From contig OX597819.1 of NCBI GenBank assembly GCA_951406725.2, positions 112,034,001 to 112,098,000 of the forward strand: a DNA stretch of 64,000 nt, written 5' to 3'. Below are positions 12,183-26,231 of the stretch, piece by piece. How positions within the stretch are numbered: position 1 is the stretch's first letter; the number at the start of each line of letters is the position of its first letter. Below the pieces are notes generated by a model. It ran no database searches, was not told the DNA's origin, and saw nothing but the letters and a program-made list of their open reading frames with translations. The translations under genes were made by a program, and so were the position numbers. The DNA comes from Octopus vulgaris (taxonomy: Eukaryota).

Positions 12183-14879
12183 CTTATTTATACACATATA
12201 TACAAGTACATAATATGTGTTATGTATGCATAAATAATCGCAAATATGCAGAAAAGCCAAATTCAAAATATTGATGTGTGCATTGATTCTTATCATGTTC
12301 TTGCACAATCAAACATGAAAATCATTCTTGAGTTGCAGGGTATCATATCAGAGAGTACACTTGCTCTGAGGGACATAAGTGGATAACTAGAGCCAGTGCT
12401 TCAGCAAGAGATTACCACCTCTTCAGCTGAAGATACCATTTGAACCTTTGGAACTAAAGGAACCTGTTGCTTGTATCCAAAGAAATAAGCAGATGCAACA
12501 TTTGCAGCCTTGTCAAACTGAGATTGATTATTGCCTGCACTAGCTTGGCAAGCTGACGCATGCACCAGCACAGGTTGTGTTTGCTGATTTCTCTATGTAG
12601 AAGTAGTAGCATGTATTAGCTCAAAAGATACACATGGTGTCTACAACTTAAGAGGTAATAAGTCATGCAAAAGCACTGTCTTTAGTTCCTTTCATTTATG
12701 TTCCTTGGAGCATGTGCGTCCTTTGCACACAGCATCTATAAGGAGAAGTTGTCCTTCGATGCAACACCCTCGCAGCAGAAAAACATTTTTACACTTGAGT
12801 GTGCTAGAACATGATAAAACTGAATGCCCCCCATCAATACTTACGCATACACACTCACAACATGCATACACACACACAACATGCATTCACACACATACAC
12901 ACAGATACACATGTCACCTAAAACATTTGTCATCTACGTTCCAACAATGGAGCTTTGTATCTTTGTTAGAAAGCAGCTCCTTCCTTACAAGAAGATTTGA
13001 AATCATTAAAAATAGACGAGAACACTCACACACACACACACACATGCATTCATACATTTTTTGCATGCATACACATATCAATACACACACACATGTCACC
13101 CAAGACATTTTGTACCTCACATCATATTCTTACTCCCTTCCAACTCCCACTCAAGTTCATTTTCAGTCAATACCTTCTTCTAATCACCCATTTCATCTTA
13201 TTGCCTCAAACAAACACAAACAGCATTAAGTGATGCAAGTTTTTCATTCTTCTGAAGTACAAAACGATTCCATTAGTGCAGATGCAATAACACAACGCAC
13301 CCAATACACCCAGAAAAGTGTTCAGTTGGAGAGAGGAGCCAACACAGTAACAAAATGGACTTTAGCATTTTAGTTATTCTGTCAAATGTAATGTTTATTT
13401 ATTCACCTTGTTTTAAATCAATAATGCATTATATCATAGCTTTGAGATGTCGATGATGTGACAGTTTATATTATAGGATGACATTGTAGGGTAGGTGTGA
13501 GACTCTGGATCTGGTCAATTTGAACACATAACAAGTAGAGTAGTTGGGCCTGATATGGCTGGTTTAAATGCTAAGTGTTCATTTCTGTTCATGATATATG
13601 AACCTCCCTAGCACTGCGGCCACAGTACTGTGTAAATAAAGTGGTTGCTGTTAGGAAGGACATCAGGCAGTAGAAACCATTCCAAAATTGTGTGTCTGAA
13701 TGAGATATGCTCCTCTGAGCTGAGCCATCAATGAGGTCTTTTAACACTGAATAAAAACTGACTCAGACATTGACAACCTGTTCAGTCAATGTCAGCAGAA
13801 AAAGTGGATGCTAATCGAGGAGTTTATCATACATGCATACATATATATGCATGTAGTGTGTCCATGTGCTAGTGTATATGTGTGTGTGTAATATATATAT
13901 ATATATAAACACATACATATAAAGACATGTGGTTCAGTCATTAGGGTATTCAGCTCAAGATCGTAAGGTCATGAATTTAATACCCAGCAACACATTGTAA
14001 CCTTGAGCAAGGCACTCAATTCCACATTGCTCCACTCCACTCAACTGGTAAAAATGAGCAGTGTCTGTATTTAAAAGAGCCAGCTTTGTCACATTCTGTG
14101 TCACACTGAATCTCCCTGAGAGCTACATCAAGGATGTGCATACCTGTGACTTGCATGTTACTTTCACTTTCATAAACAGGTTGTTCAGCTGTTGGATCAA
14201 ATGAAACACTCACCATTGTATTGGATGAAGTGCCAGTAATATATAATATATATACAAATATGTCACTTATAAATATATATAGGTATGTATGAATATAATG
14301 TAAGTATATATACTTACACACATCTATATATATATATATATATATATATGTAATATATATTCACACACACACACACACACACACATAGATATATGTATGT
14401 ATTTATAAGTGTGTCTGAGTGTGTACCATTGTCTAGACATCCTATAATGGTTGTATATGAATACCATTGTCATACAAGGTTATTCATTTCCTATCTCCCA
14501 TGAGAACCATGTCTAGCTATGAGATAAAATTACTTTGCTTGGAAACAGGTAAGGGTTGGCAACAGCAAGAGCATCAGGTTGTAGAAATTCTGACTCAAGA
14601 AATTCTGTTTAATTCATGGAATTATGGAAAATTGGACATTAAATGATGATTACGATGATAATGATGATGATGACGACAGTGATGGTGTGTGTGTGTGTGT
14701 GCGTGTGTGTTATCATTCATAAGTGCAGACAAGGAGAGAGAAGGGCACTCAATACTGAAAGACAAGGTATACTTGAATCATATTGAAAGCTGAAATTTTT
14801 TGTGTATGTGTGTGTACGTGTGTGTGTAATTTTATACATATGCACCATCCTATCTGCGCTCTTATACACAAATGAGACA

Positions 14880-15250
14880 TGGGCTACTACATAGGAGGAC
14901 AGGACACTGATTGGTTATGATGCAAAGGGCCATGGAAAGTTCTATGCTAGGAACATCGTTACTTTACAAGAGCGCATTCAAAACGAGATAATTCAAGAAC
15001 GGAACAGAGTGAACGATGTAATGAAGGGGTACTGAAAACACAAGCTTCACAGAGCAGGACATGTCACAAGGTTCACAGACAACAGGTGGATCTATGAATT
15101 TGCCATGTGGTGATTGGAAAAGGTCACTTGGAAGGCCTCCATGAAGACACGGAGATGATTTAGTCAAGCAATTTGGACCAAGATGGAAAAGAATGACGCA
15201 ATCAAGACAATATTGGAATCACATTGTGACCAGTGGTGAGTAACAAGATT
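14880..15250 (+). mobile_element. 3' end of RTE-1-like LINE
   Basis: QRAMESSMLG..LQERIQNEII...AGHVTRFTDNRW...KRSLGRPP...DDL motifs. Confidence 0.75.
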
Positions 15251-15304
15251 TGTTGGTCTGGTCAACACAGTGATAAATATACACACACACACACACACAC
15301 ATGC

Positions 15305-15363
<59 letters not shown>

Positions 15364-15646
15364 TTTGTTTTGCAAGATTCCTGATGTGAAATAGTGTGTT
15401 GAAACAAATATTGTTATATTTTGATGGTCATTTCCCTTTGCTTGTTTTTTTTTTTTTGCCAAATAAATACACACACTACATATTCGTTTTTCACTTGTTT
15501 ATTGCTGTTCTTATTTTATTTTATGTCCAATGGACATGAAATAAAATAAGAACAGTAATAAGCAAACGAAGAACAAATATATAGTGTGTGTGTGTCCGTG
15601 TCCATATGGCAAAAACCAAAAAAATTTCCATTCCTAAATATAACAA

Positions 15647-16050
15647 TACTCTTTTACTTGTTTCAGTCATTTGACTGCGGCCATGCTGGAGCACCGCCTT
15701 TAGTCGAGAAAATCGACCCCGGGACTTATTCTTTGTAAGCCCAGTACTTATTCTATCAGTCTCTTTTGCCGAACCGCTAAGTGGCGGGGACGTAAACACA
15801 TCAGCATCGGTTGTCAAGCAATGCTAGGGGGACAAACACAGGCACACAAACATATACACACACACTTATATATATATACATATATACGACAGGCTTCTTT
15901 CAGTTTCCGTCTACCAAATCCACTCACAAGGCATTGGTCGGCCCGGGGCTATAGTAGAAGACACTTGCCCAAGATGCCACGCAGTGGGACTGAACCCAGA
16001 ATCATGTGGTTGGTTAGCAAGCTACTTACCACACAGCCACTCCTGCGCCT
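15647..16050 (-). mobile_element. tRNA-derived SINE family A (internal TA/CA microsatellite), near full length
   Basis: Head AGGCGCAGGAGTGGCTGTGTGGTAAG...GGGTTCAGTCCC (A/B boxes), tail GACTGAAACAAGTAAAAGAG; many similar copies in the window. Confidence 0.9.
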
Positions 16051-16074
16051 CAATATATATATATATATATATTC

Positions 16075-16305
16075 TTTTTCTTTATTGCCCACAGGAGGTT
16101 ATACATAGAGGGGACAAACAAGGACAGACAAAGAGATTAAGTCGATAACACTGACCCCAGTAAGTAACTGGTACTTATTTAATCGACCCTGAAAGGATGA
16201 AAGGCAAAGTCGACCTTGGCGAAATTTGAACTCAGAACGTAACAGGAGACGAAATATCACTATGCATTTCGCCTGGCATGTTAATGTTTCTGCCAGCTCA
16301 CCGCG
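16075..16305 (-). mobile_element. SINE family B (core GCCTTTCATCCTTTC.GGGTCGAT..ATAAGTACCAG, resembling the Meta domain)
   Basis: Matches the TSD-bounded copy at 31951-32180. Confidence 0.85.
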
Positions 16306-17799
16306 TTTTATATAATAGGACCCTCAGTGTCCTTCGTCCAAAAGGTGGAAATGAAAAGTAGTTTCTTATGGACTTGTGAGAGATACGTTTGCACATGTAT
16401 AAAACGATATCTTTAGTATCCAGCACTAAGAGAGAGTTAGTAAATACTTGATCAATAATAGAGGGAAGTATATAGTTAGGGAAAATATCAATCACAACAT
16501 CACCCATCTTCCTTGCCATCCATCACACATACATGCACAAAACTTCCAGTTCTATTACACATTTTTGATGCCAATTTACTTTTTCCCCCCCTACTCTTTC
16601 ACTTCCATTACTCCCTCTTTCATCATTCTCTCATCCTCTGGTCAATTTCTCTTCTCTCATCACACCACTCATGCTCTTTTTCCAATTCATTACAAACAAC
16701 CAACATGTAGCTGCCTCATTGTCTTGCCCCCTCTCTCTCTCTCTCTCATCCCTCCTCAATCATACTCTCACTCTTAATTGCTGTTTATTTTTTATCATAC
16801 TCTCTCTTTCTATTACCCTTTCACCATAGCTCTCTCTCTTTCATACTCTTTCTCCATTCACTCTTTCAATGATGTCACTTGAAACAAATAGTAACAACGA
16901 GGAGCATACTCTTTAGCTTTGCTGGGGACAAAGCAGCATCTCTAGTGCTGGTGCCATGGTAAAATGCATCTCATATATTCTGTAAAGTGATCCAACTCTA
17001 GAACCATACCAAAAAGAGAATGTAATGGGTAAGAAATGTCTCTCTGGCCTGTCTAAGAGTGCTGTAGCTTCAAATAAGAAATCATTCAGACCAAAAGAAC
17101 CAATCAAACTCAGGTCAGTATAGAATACAAATTTTAACTGATGAAGATGTAGAAAATTATGATGATGACACTGAAGACTATAATGATGATGATTATGCAT
17201 CAGATTCTACAGACTTTTATTTCAACTTAACTGTATATAGTGGACATGTATGGTTTTTAGTGATAAAGCAATGTATACACATACACACTCACATATTTAC
17301 AAGCCAAACTCTACACACCCCTTGTTCCGATAAGTGTATGCTGAGAACATGAGTATTCAGTATGTTAAGATATACACGCATACACATATGTAAATGTATG
17401 ATGGTTCATAACAGTTACACTTTGCTTTGCTAAGGAAGTCAAACTGGACAGAAAACATGTCACTGGAGCTGAAGTCTTACTTACCACTGCTTGCCTCCTC
17501 ATATTTCATCAATTTGTAATTCAGGATTGTCCCCCTTGGCTTTGACAAAAAAAATTATTAACACTACAGATCTCTCTGCATTATGTGGAATGATTTCAAC
17601 TGATTTATATTTTGTTTTGGTTTAATACATAAAAATACTAAGTCTCACATAAGTGTGTGTGTGTGTGTGTGTGTGTGCATGTGTGTGTGTGTGTGTGTGC
17701 ATGTGTGTGTGTGTGTGTGCATGTGTGTGTGTAATTGTTATGATGACATCATTTATTTTTATTTAGTCTTCCGTGTTTTTATTTAATCTTTCATGTTTT

Positions 17800-18720
17800 C
17801 TTGAATAGTTGGAAGACTATAACTGCAGAATAAACAAGCAGAAGGTGGAGGCCTGCAGAGGGATTAGATTCTCTTGGGGAAGGACGATTGAAGTAGAACA
17901 TGCATGTAGGGCAGAGAGAGAGACACACACGATATGGATGGCATGAGGAGGAAAGATAAGAGAACTGGATAAGCCTGAGTAGAGATGTCACGAAACCAAG
18001 ATGGCTCCTAAGACAGAGAAGACAGCAGCAGGTGTAAACTAGATAGAGGGAGGTATGGCATATCTGTAGGTCAGAAATTTGAATGTAGTCTTTCTCTGTC
18101 TTTTTTTTTTGTGTATGTGTGGTGGCTTAGAGTGTCGGGATCTGCTGCAAAAGCACTGTCACTGATGTAGTATTATCATTCAAAGAGGTGGCTCTCAGTT
18201 GAACTTAGTAAAACGTTAGTGACTGTAAGAAGCTGTAGTATATTCAGAGCCTAAAAGAGGAAACCCATTTTAGGGATGCATTGTTTGTTATGTCGTGTAT
18301 GTGAGATCACAAAGGGAGATCATCAGTGATTGTCAGGGTTTAATATTTGTAATGAGTTTGAAGGTTTTAGCTGCATGTTGACTATGACTAGGTGAGGGTA
18401 AACAAGTATTGCCTAGATACATGCAGTCATTGTACCTCTGTGGAGGCAAGTACAATAAATACAGCTCATTGATGTATGCTTGTAAGGTCTCTGTTCAAGA
18501 AAGCAGAACAAGATTGGATCAGGTATCTAAATTTCATGTGGATGATATTTGTGCTCTGCAGATTAGAGAGAAATGAAGAGTGATATCAGCTACATAAAAG
18601 GGTTGTTGTTGAGAATGACGATATGTAGCTTGCTAATGTACAGAAGAAAGAGTATAGGGTTTAGAAAGGAACCTTGTTGTATATCAGAATTGGTAAAGCA
18701 AGTGTTGCAATGTTGTCCAC
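17800..18720 (-). mobile_element. Highly degenerate CR1/Jockey-group LINE RT fragment
   Basis: Minus strand SDIQQGSFLNPILFLLYISKL, resembling [21 protein letters not shown]. Confidence 0.55.
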
Positions 18721-19094
18721 AAATTTATACATTTTTCTCCGTTACTATAGTAATTAAAAAAAATGTTTTTCCCTGTTATGAATTTGCAATATAATTTTCT
18801 TTTTATGTTACTGACCATTCATCCATGAAATAGGAGACAAAATCTATTTTGTCAGCCATACAGACTGAGGCAAACAGATTTTTTTTAAAAGTCTCATTAC
18901 TATATTAGAGACATCATAATACTGAACATTACCTAAATTATTATAGTGATAAAAAAAATAATAATGAAGATAATAAAACAGTGATGATGGTGATGAAAGT
19001 AATAATATTGATAATATAGTAATAACAATAACTTGACCTAAGGCACTGGGTGTGACCCAGCAAGTGATTGTATCAAACATGCAGATGAAAAGCA

Positions 19095-19105
19095 TAATGA
19101 TAATA

Positions 19106-19151
<46 letters not shown>

Positions 19152-19200
19152 TGATAATAATGATAATAATAATAATGATAATATTAATAATAATAACAAT

Positions 19201-19230
<30 letters not shown>
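19095..19230. repeat. (AAT)n microsatellite
   Basis: Directly visible. Confidence 0.95.
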
Positions 19231-19234
<4 letters not shown>

Positions 19235-19519
19235 TGCATAATGTGTGTATGAGTGTAAATAGATGATAACTTTTCTTTGAAACAAATTAAAAACACAACT
19301 ACATCCAAATATGGTCCCATTGTAATATGCAAAATAAATGTAGGCACAAAAACCATTCACTGACAACACTATAATTTTACAAAGAATTGGGGGGAAAAAA
19401 AAAGAAAAAAAGAGAGAACAACCATTAAGGAAGCTTTACTAATTGCCAAAAACGAACCTAAATTAAACACAAAGATACATTACATGTAAAATATATGACA
19501 ACATGAAATCTACTAGGAT

Positions 19520-20240
19520 TCACTATCAGGGGGAGAGGTAGACCCAGGAAGACATGGGATGAGGTAGTCAAGCATGACCTCAGAGCGTTGGGCCTCACTG
19601 AGGCAATGGCGAAGGACCGAGATCTCTGGAGATATGCTGTGACTGAAAAGACCCGGGCTGTTTCCTGCACCAGTTCCGTATAGCCCCCTGCCCATTCAAA
19701 GTACCCTGGATCCCGGAACGTCTCGCTGTGCTTGAGGAGACCTGTTGAGTCAAGTACATGAACATCGAAATAAATATCAATGGAAATAGTAGTTGTGATA
19801 CCTGTGCCGGTGGCACATAAAAAGCACCATCCGTACGTGGCCATCGCCAGTGCCGCCTCGACTGGCTTCTGTGCCGGTGGCACATAAAAAGCACCATCTG
19901 AATGTGGCCGTTGCCAGCGCTGGCCCAACTGGCTTCTGTGCCGGTAGCACATAAAAAGCACCATCCGAACATGGCCGTTGCCAGCGCCGCCTTGGCTGGC
20001 TTCCGTGCCGGTGGCACGTTAAAAGCTCCAACCGATTGTGGCCGATGCTGGACACCCCCTGGCACCTGTGCAGGTGGCACGTAAAAAGCACCCACTACAC
20101 TCGCGGAGTGGTTGGCGTTAGGAAGGGCATCCAGCTGTAGAAACTCTGCCAGATCAGACTGGAGCCCGGTCGAACCGTCCAACCCATGCTAGCGCGGAAA
20201 ACGGACATTAAACGACGATGATGATGATGATGATGATGAT
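19520..20240 (+). mobile_element. 5'-truncated young RTE LINE: ORF end, 3'UTR with 67-bp tandem repeats, (GAT)n tail
   Basis: RGRGRPRKTWDEVVKHDLRALGLTEAMAKDRDLWRYAV is a canonical RTE C-terminus; GC-rich and CpG-retaining. Confidence 0.88.
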
Positions 20241-20244
20241 TGTG

Positions 20245-21350
20245 CCGAGTCAAAAGTTAGGCAATATTTTGGTAAATCATTTGCTTTATTTGTAAAGTTA
20301 CAACAAAGGCAGTCTTGCATTCAAAGTCGAAGCCATCATGTTGAACTGTCTGAAGTTACTTTTCTGCCAGTACCTTGATCTCACCGAGGCTAAGAACTAG
20401 TTCACTGAAACTTCCACCTCCTCTTGGTTGATGAAGTGTCAAAAGTGCAGGGAGTGAACCTTGTATCAGAACAGTAATAATCCAAGGGAGCTAGGTCCAG
20501 ACTATATGCTGGGTGTGGCATCTATTCGATTCTCCCAAGATTCTGGAGTTTATTCCAGGTTATTCAAGTGATATGAGGTTTTGTGTTGTTGTGCTGCAGA
20601 ACAGCTCACTCTCTGTTAATTAACACCAAATATTTTTGCTGCACAGTGGCATACATCTGCTCCAGCTGTTCAGAATACAGGTTGGCATCAATAGTTCAAC
20701 CATCCTGAATTAATTTGTAGTGAATTCTTTGTTCAAAATGCCCATGTTTGGCAATGGGTTCCAGAAGCTGGCCCTTGCTTAATCACTGCTTATACATACT
20801 CTTTTACTTGTTTCAGTCATTTGACTGTAGCCATGCTGGAGCATTGCCTTCAGTCGAGCAAATTGACCCTAGGAGTTATTCCTTGTAAGCCTAGTACTTA
20901 TTCTATTGGTCTCTTTTGCTGAACCACTAGGTTACGGGGACGTAAACATACCAGCATCAGTTGTCAAGCGATGTTGTGGGGACAAACACAGGCACACAAA
21001 CACACACACATATATACACATACATATACATATATACGACGGGCTTCTTTCAGTTTCCGTCTACCAAATCCACTCACAAGGCTTTGGTCAGGTTGAGGCT
21101 ATAGTAGAAGACACTTGCCCAAGATGCCATATAGTGGGACTGAACCCAGAACCATGTGGTTGGTAAGCAAGCTACTTACCACACAGCCACTCCTGCACCA
21201 TGTTAGGATTGCAGAATATTTTCTCCTGTAATCATCCAATGACAGTTAGTCATTGGATAGTTACTAAGGCTCATTCTCATTGGCTAGTTTGGATCATGAG
21301 ATGAAGCTGGTGTCTCAACAGCTGTTGACGAAATTGAATGGGAGGTAATT
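20245..21350 (-). mobile_element. Mariner transposase relic, interrupted by a SINE A copy
   Basis: MITGE..CNPN / KQ*LSKGQ / LQHNNTKPH...MPHPAYSLDLAPLDYY (YSPDL motif) / TVQHDGFDFE. Confidence 0.8.
20797..21198 (-). mobile_element. SINE family A copy
   Basis: Colinear with 15647-16050. Confidence 0.9.
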
Positions 21351-22124
21351 CTTGTTGAGGGAGCAGGAGTATTCTTCCTTGTATTGGTTAGAAATTCCAA
21401 TGAAATTTCAGGAAAGTTAAAACTTTGAGCGAAGTTTATTGAAATTTACTGGATGATAGTAACAGCTTACAGTTAGTCAACTAAAAACTCCATTAGTAGG
21501 AGCAATACAAGAGTTTCCTTGTTCAGAGGTACCGTAGGATTTTGCTATATATGGAGTAAATATAAAATGTTATTGATAGCTAATGTCATCTGCAGAGAGC
21601 TCCATTGATGGCAGCAAAATAACATTCCAATTTTCCTGTTACAAAAATACTGTGTGCTTTAGTATTATGAACAGTTTCTCGCAAAAACAAAGGTGACAGA
21701 TGCATGCTCTGGGTGAACAGAGTAAATCCTTGTTGAGAATGTTCCAAGTTGTGTTGTGCAACTCCGAAGTAAGCATCTAAATGATCAGGCATATCTCTTA
21801 CATCTGTAAAACTTCATGTAATGTATCAGTGACTTTACAATTACATACACACACATACATGCACATCGACAGGCATAAATATACATATGTACATGCATGT
21901 GTGTGAGTGTGTGTGTGTGAAGAGACAGAAAGAGATGCAATAAGAAATATATGTGTATTTTACTGAGGTTTCATGCATGTATGCATGTATACATCAACAT
22001 ACATGTGTGTGCTTGTGTGCGTTCATGCTTAACACACTCCATGGTGCACTGTATTCAATAGTGTATCATTAAAAGATTTATTTTATGAGATACTTCCTTA
22101 GAATGGTTTTGATGATGATCTTAA

Positions 22125-22330
22125 CCCTTTCGTTACTGTATTTATTTTGAGACACTCTGTGTTTCTTTCAATTACTTTCAATATAACAAAGAATTTAGTA
22201 AAATAACTTAGTTATCATTAAGCTAGTGTTATGAACATAAATTGTGACTAATTCTAATTCAAAACTTATGAAAACAAGACATTTGTACTCAGAGCCAGAG
22301 CCGGTTTCAGCCAGGTTTGTAACGAAAGGG
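22125..22330. mobile_element. piggyBac-type TTAA MITE, family 1
   Basis: TTAA|CCCTTTCGTTAC...GTAACGAAAGGG|TTAA; second copy at 55586-55807. Confidence 0.9.
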
Positions 22331-22621
22331 TTAATGATGGCGATAGGCTACTACTACTACTACAACAGTCAGATTCCACAATACTAGACACATGGGTGTT
22401 CTGCACAGCTGTGTACTTAATTTCAATCATGGTGTTACCCATGGGGCATGCATTAAACTACACACTAGACACATTCCCTCCATTTGGACTGACTCACACC
22501 TACACAACAAACAGCTACATGTACAACCACATACCAAAAAAAGAAAAAAAAAACTGTTAAAAAGTTAAAAAAAAAATTCAAACTGACAATCTACAGCTAG
22601 CACTACCATTACCACCACCAT

Positions 22622-22655
<34 letters not shown>

Positions 22656-23136
22656 GCTGCTGCAGCTACTACTACTACTACAAAGACCCATGTTTCTTCT
22701 GAACTATACCCAAGTTAACTCACTCCCTACTGTTGCTGCACCTTTACCTCTCTAGTTACATTTGCAGTGTGTTTCACTTTCACTTCCCATACCACACCAC
22801 ATCTCAGCTATCTCTTCATTAAATTCTGTATTTGACAGCATACACATTGTCCCCCATCCTCACCAAAAAAAAAAAAAATATCTCCAGAAATTACTCTGGG
22901 TAGTATACACGAAGTTGAACCGATATCACATGTTTTAATACACTGAAATCTCTCCCTTTTTTTTTTTTCCTGAATATCTGCTGCTGAAATTTAGGAGCAT
23001 CTAATATGCATGAGTCTTTTGTGTCATCAAATATGGGACTTTCACCAATACTTCTTATTCTAGCAACATACAAAGGTAATATTTAATACACTGAACCCAA
23101 CTAACTCTCTCTCTCTCTTTCTCTCTCACTGTCATA

Positions 23137-23368
23137 TACTCTCTTTACTCTTTTACTTGCTTCAGTCATGTGACTGTGGCCATGCTGGAGCACCGCCTTT
23201 AGTCGAGCAAATCGACCCCAGGATTTATTCTTTGTAAGCCTAGTATTTATTCTATTGGTCTCTTTTGCTGAACCACAAAGTTACAGGGACATAAACACAC
23301 CAGCATCGGTTGGTTGTCAAGCGATGTTGGGGTGGAGTGGGGGGACAAACAAAGACACACAAACATAA

Positions 23369-23432
<64 letters not shown>

Positions 23433-23568
23433 GGTTTCTTTCAGTTTCCGTCTACCAAATCCACTCACAAGGCTTTGGTCTGCCCGAGGCTATAGTAGAA
23501 GACACTTGCCCAAGGTGCCATGCAGTGGGACTGAACCTGGAACCATGTGGTTTGTAAGCAAGCTACCT
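23137..23568 (-). mobile_element. SINE family A copy, slightly 5'-truncated
   Basis: Colinear with the other copies. Confidence 0.88.
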
Positions 23569-23779
23569 GATAATCTAAGTTGAATATCAGCAGTACAGTC
23601 TTTGTCTAGTTTACTCTAATTAATCCAATTCAACAGGCATAACACATTCAAAATATAGATAGGGGCCAACACTGCCCCTTCAACTAAGGCAACCAAATGT
23701 AACAACAACAACAACAGCAAAACGTTTTGAAAGTGTAATGAAATAAAAGGGAAAAAAACAAAACATTTCATTTTTGTTG

Positions 23780-24330
23780 AATTCAAGTGACTAACAGAAA
23801 AAGAAGAACAAAAACAACAACTGTGGCGAATACAACGATTGCAACAAAAAAGACAAATGTTACAATAGTAACTTTAACAACAACAGCTGTAACAACTGCA
23901 ATAACTATAATAATTGTAATAGCAACAAGAACGACAGTAGCAACAACAAAAATAACAACTGCAATAGCAACAAGAACAACCGCAAAAATTAACAACAAAA
24001 ATAGCAACTGCAAAAGCAACACGAAGAACAACTGTAGCAATAACAACTGCAATAACATCTGCAACTCCGACAGGAACAGCAAAAATATCAACAATAGCAA
24101 CAATAATGCTACAATAGCAACAGAAACACAGCAAAAGCAACAAGAACAATTGCAATCACAACTGTAACAACAACTGCAACAGCAACATCAACTGTAATCA
24201 CAAATGCAATCATGACAATTGCAACTGCATAAGCAACAATAGCAACTGCAAGCAATTATAACTGTACCAATAAGAACAACAAAAAAAACTGTAACAACTC
24301 ATGTAATAATAACTATAATAACAATGGTTT
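23780..24330. repeat. Degenerate CAA/GCAA-rich low-complexity tract
   Basis: Directly visible. Confidence 0.85.
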
Positions 24331-24428
24331 TTGGTGAATTTTCCAAAAAGGAGAGAGCAGCAGTGTATGACTTAATAGGACAAGTCACCAGTAAATGTTG
24401 TTATTCAGGAAATATATTGGTGGTCATA

Positions 24429-24436
24429 TGAGAGAT

Positions 24437-24530
<94 letters not shown>
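24429..24530. repeat. (AG)n microsatellite
   Basis: Directly visible. Confidence 0.97.
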
Positions 24531-24949
24531 TAAAAGAGTTGTTTTTGTCTTTTCTTATCAACTTCAATACAGCAGACTGACAGAAAACTTTCATTCCAAG
24601 AGATGAGTGATGGATGAAGCAACTTAGATAAAAGGTGCTTATAGAGTACAAAGGATATGATTGAATGATATCCTGATGTCAAAGGGTCAGGAATCACTGT
24701 TGCATGACCATAAGGTCACTTCAACAATGTACGAGAATGAAAAAGAAAAAGAGAAAATCTGATAGGATTAGAACCATAAGTCAGCCTTCCTGGGTCTGTC
24801 TGGCTTTCCATGTAATAAATATCTCAATATCTTTTTTCTTTCTTTCTATATATACTTTGATACACATGCCTTCAGCCAAGTGGAACATGAAGTTGATCTC
24901 ACCCAGAAAACTCCACAGACTCTCACAGAAGGAACCAATGAGAAAGTAG

Positions 24950-25520
24950 CATCTGTGTGATCATTCAACTTGCTAGAAATAGCAACTAAATCTCTCTCAG
25001 TTCACAGCCTACCGTCTTTAAAATAGAAAGATACATTGGATAATGTAATCCTAGATATACTATGTCTGAATAAAAGCTGGGTCATTACAGCTGAAATGCC
25101 CTTTGATCATAGGTTTGCTAAGTCAGAGTTGACCAGTGGTCAAACAACAACATTACAAAAGAACAGGGAGTCTCTGTTCTATTTATATAGACATGGCAGT
25201 CATGGCAGATAGGCTCAAAACCATAGATGCACTCTATCAGGGATGACCTAGGGTTAAACAAATAACAACAATAATGACAGAACCAATACTCTAATATCCT
25301 TTTCTTCATTACTTCAGTTGTTGTTGTTTAACCCCATGTTCAGCTTTTCCCAGCAGACCTATATGACTAAAATCATTCCAAATGTGACCATCTTACCTCA
25401 ATTTTAACATTTATAGAATACACCAAACTACATTAGTCAAGGCACGCTTCCTTTTTAAAGTCTACAGAGTGTGAGCTGATCGAGATTTAGCTGCTACTTC
25501 AAACAGGTCAAGCAACTGCA
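24950..25520. mobile_element. Inverted pair of an old dispersed repeat with (CAA)n tail (24950-25150 +, 25320-25520 -); relatives near 5000-5220, 43915-44110, 45840-46260, 51470-51670
   Basis: Shared motifs CTAGAAATAGCA.CTAAATCTC, AATGTAATCCTAGATA and a TAAACAACAAC tail. Confidence 0.55.
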
Positions 25521-26104
25521 AAAAAGCACCTTCATCAAACTGGTTCAGATACCATTTCTCAACTCTTCTTCAACTGAACTTTGAAATAAGTTAATAACAA
25601 AATAAAAAAAATAATAATTAACTAGATATATCAATTAATTAAATATGTGCATTCCATGAATCTCTTTTTCTTTTTCCTTAATTTCAAATACAAGCTTCTA
25701 ATCCCACCAAATATTATGAATAAATGGTTATCTTCCTTGTATTAACTGTCCTGCTGTGGGTCATCATGTCTTTGGTATATTATTTCACAAAATCAAGATA
25801 TATATCAGTATTTTGTTCCAATGGTTACTTTCCTTGGATACATAATTGCTTCTCTTTCGCTTTTTGCCTTTTACAAAAGTAAAATACCAGCAAAGCTTTT
25901 TAGGTGTGGTGTGGTTAAAAAGTTTGCTTTGCAACTGCATGGTTTCAGGTTCAGTCTCACCGTGAGACAACTTGGGCAAGTGACTTCAATTATGAGCTGC
26001 AATACCATGTGAGGAATCCTGTTGCATATGTACTTATGTATGTATTCATGCATGTGATATATTATAAGTAGGCATGTATGTATGTACATATGTATGTATG
26101 TATA

Positions 26105-26136
<32 letters not shown>

Positions 26137-26162
26137 CATATACACACATGCATACATATATG

Positions 26163-26208
<46 letters not shown>

Positions 26209-26231
26209 TTTATGCATATATGTATGTATAT

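Noticed and set aside
12330-12830. Unique-looking segment, possibly a decayed LTR-element end
   Set aside because: No motif I could read convincingly on either strand.
19800-20095. CRISPR-like array of palindromic repeats
   Set aside because: The spacers are homologous to each other, the array lies in an RTE 3'UTR, there are no cas genes, and the context is eukaryotic.
21586-21803. Possible minus-strand exon (TTTTACAG acceptor, 68-aa ORF)
   Set aside because: Its open frame needs phase 1; a phase-2 join stops after six codons. No clear donor.
22891-23059. Possible phase-2 alternative terminal exon (RIRSIGESPIFDD...)
   Set aside because: The phase fits, but the acceptor is weak, there is no donor, and the frame runs through a poly-A tract. 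Not supportable without RNA data.
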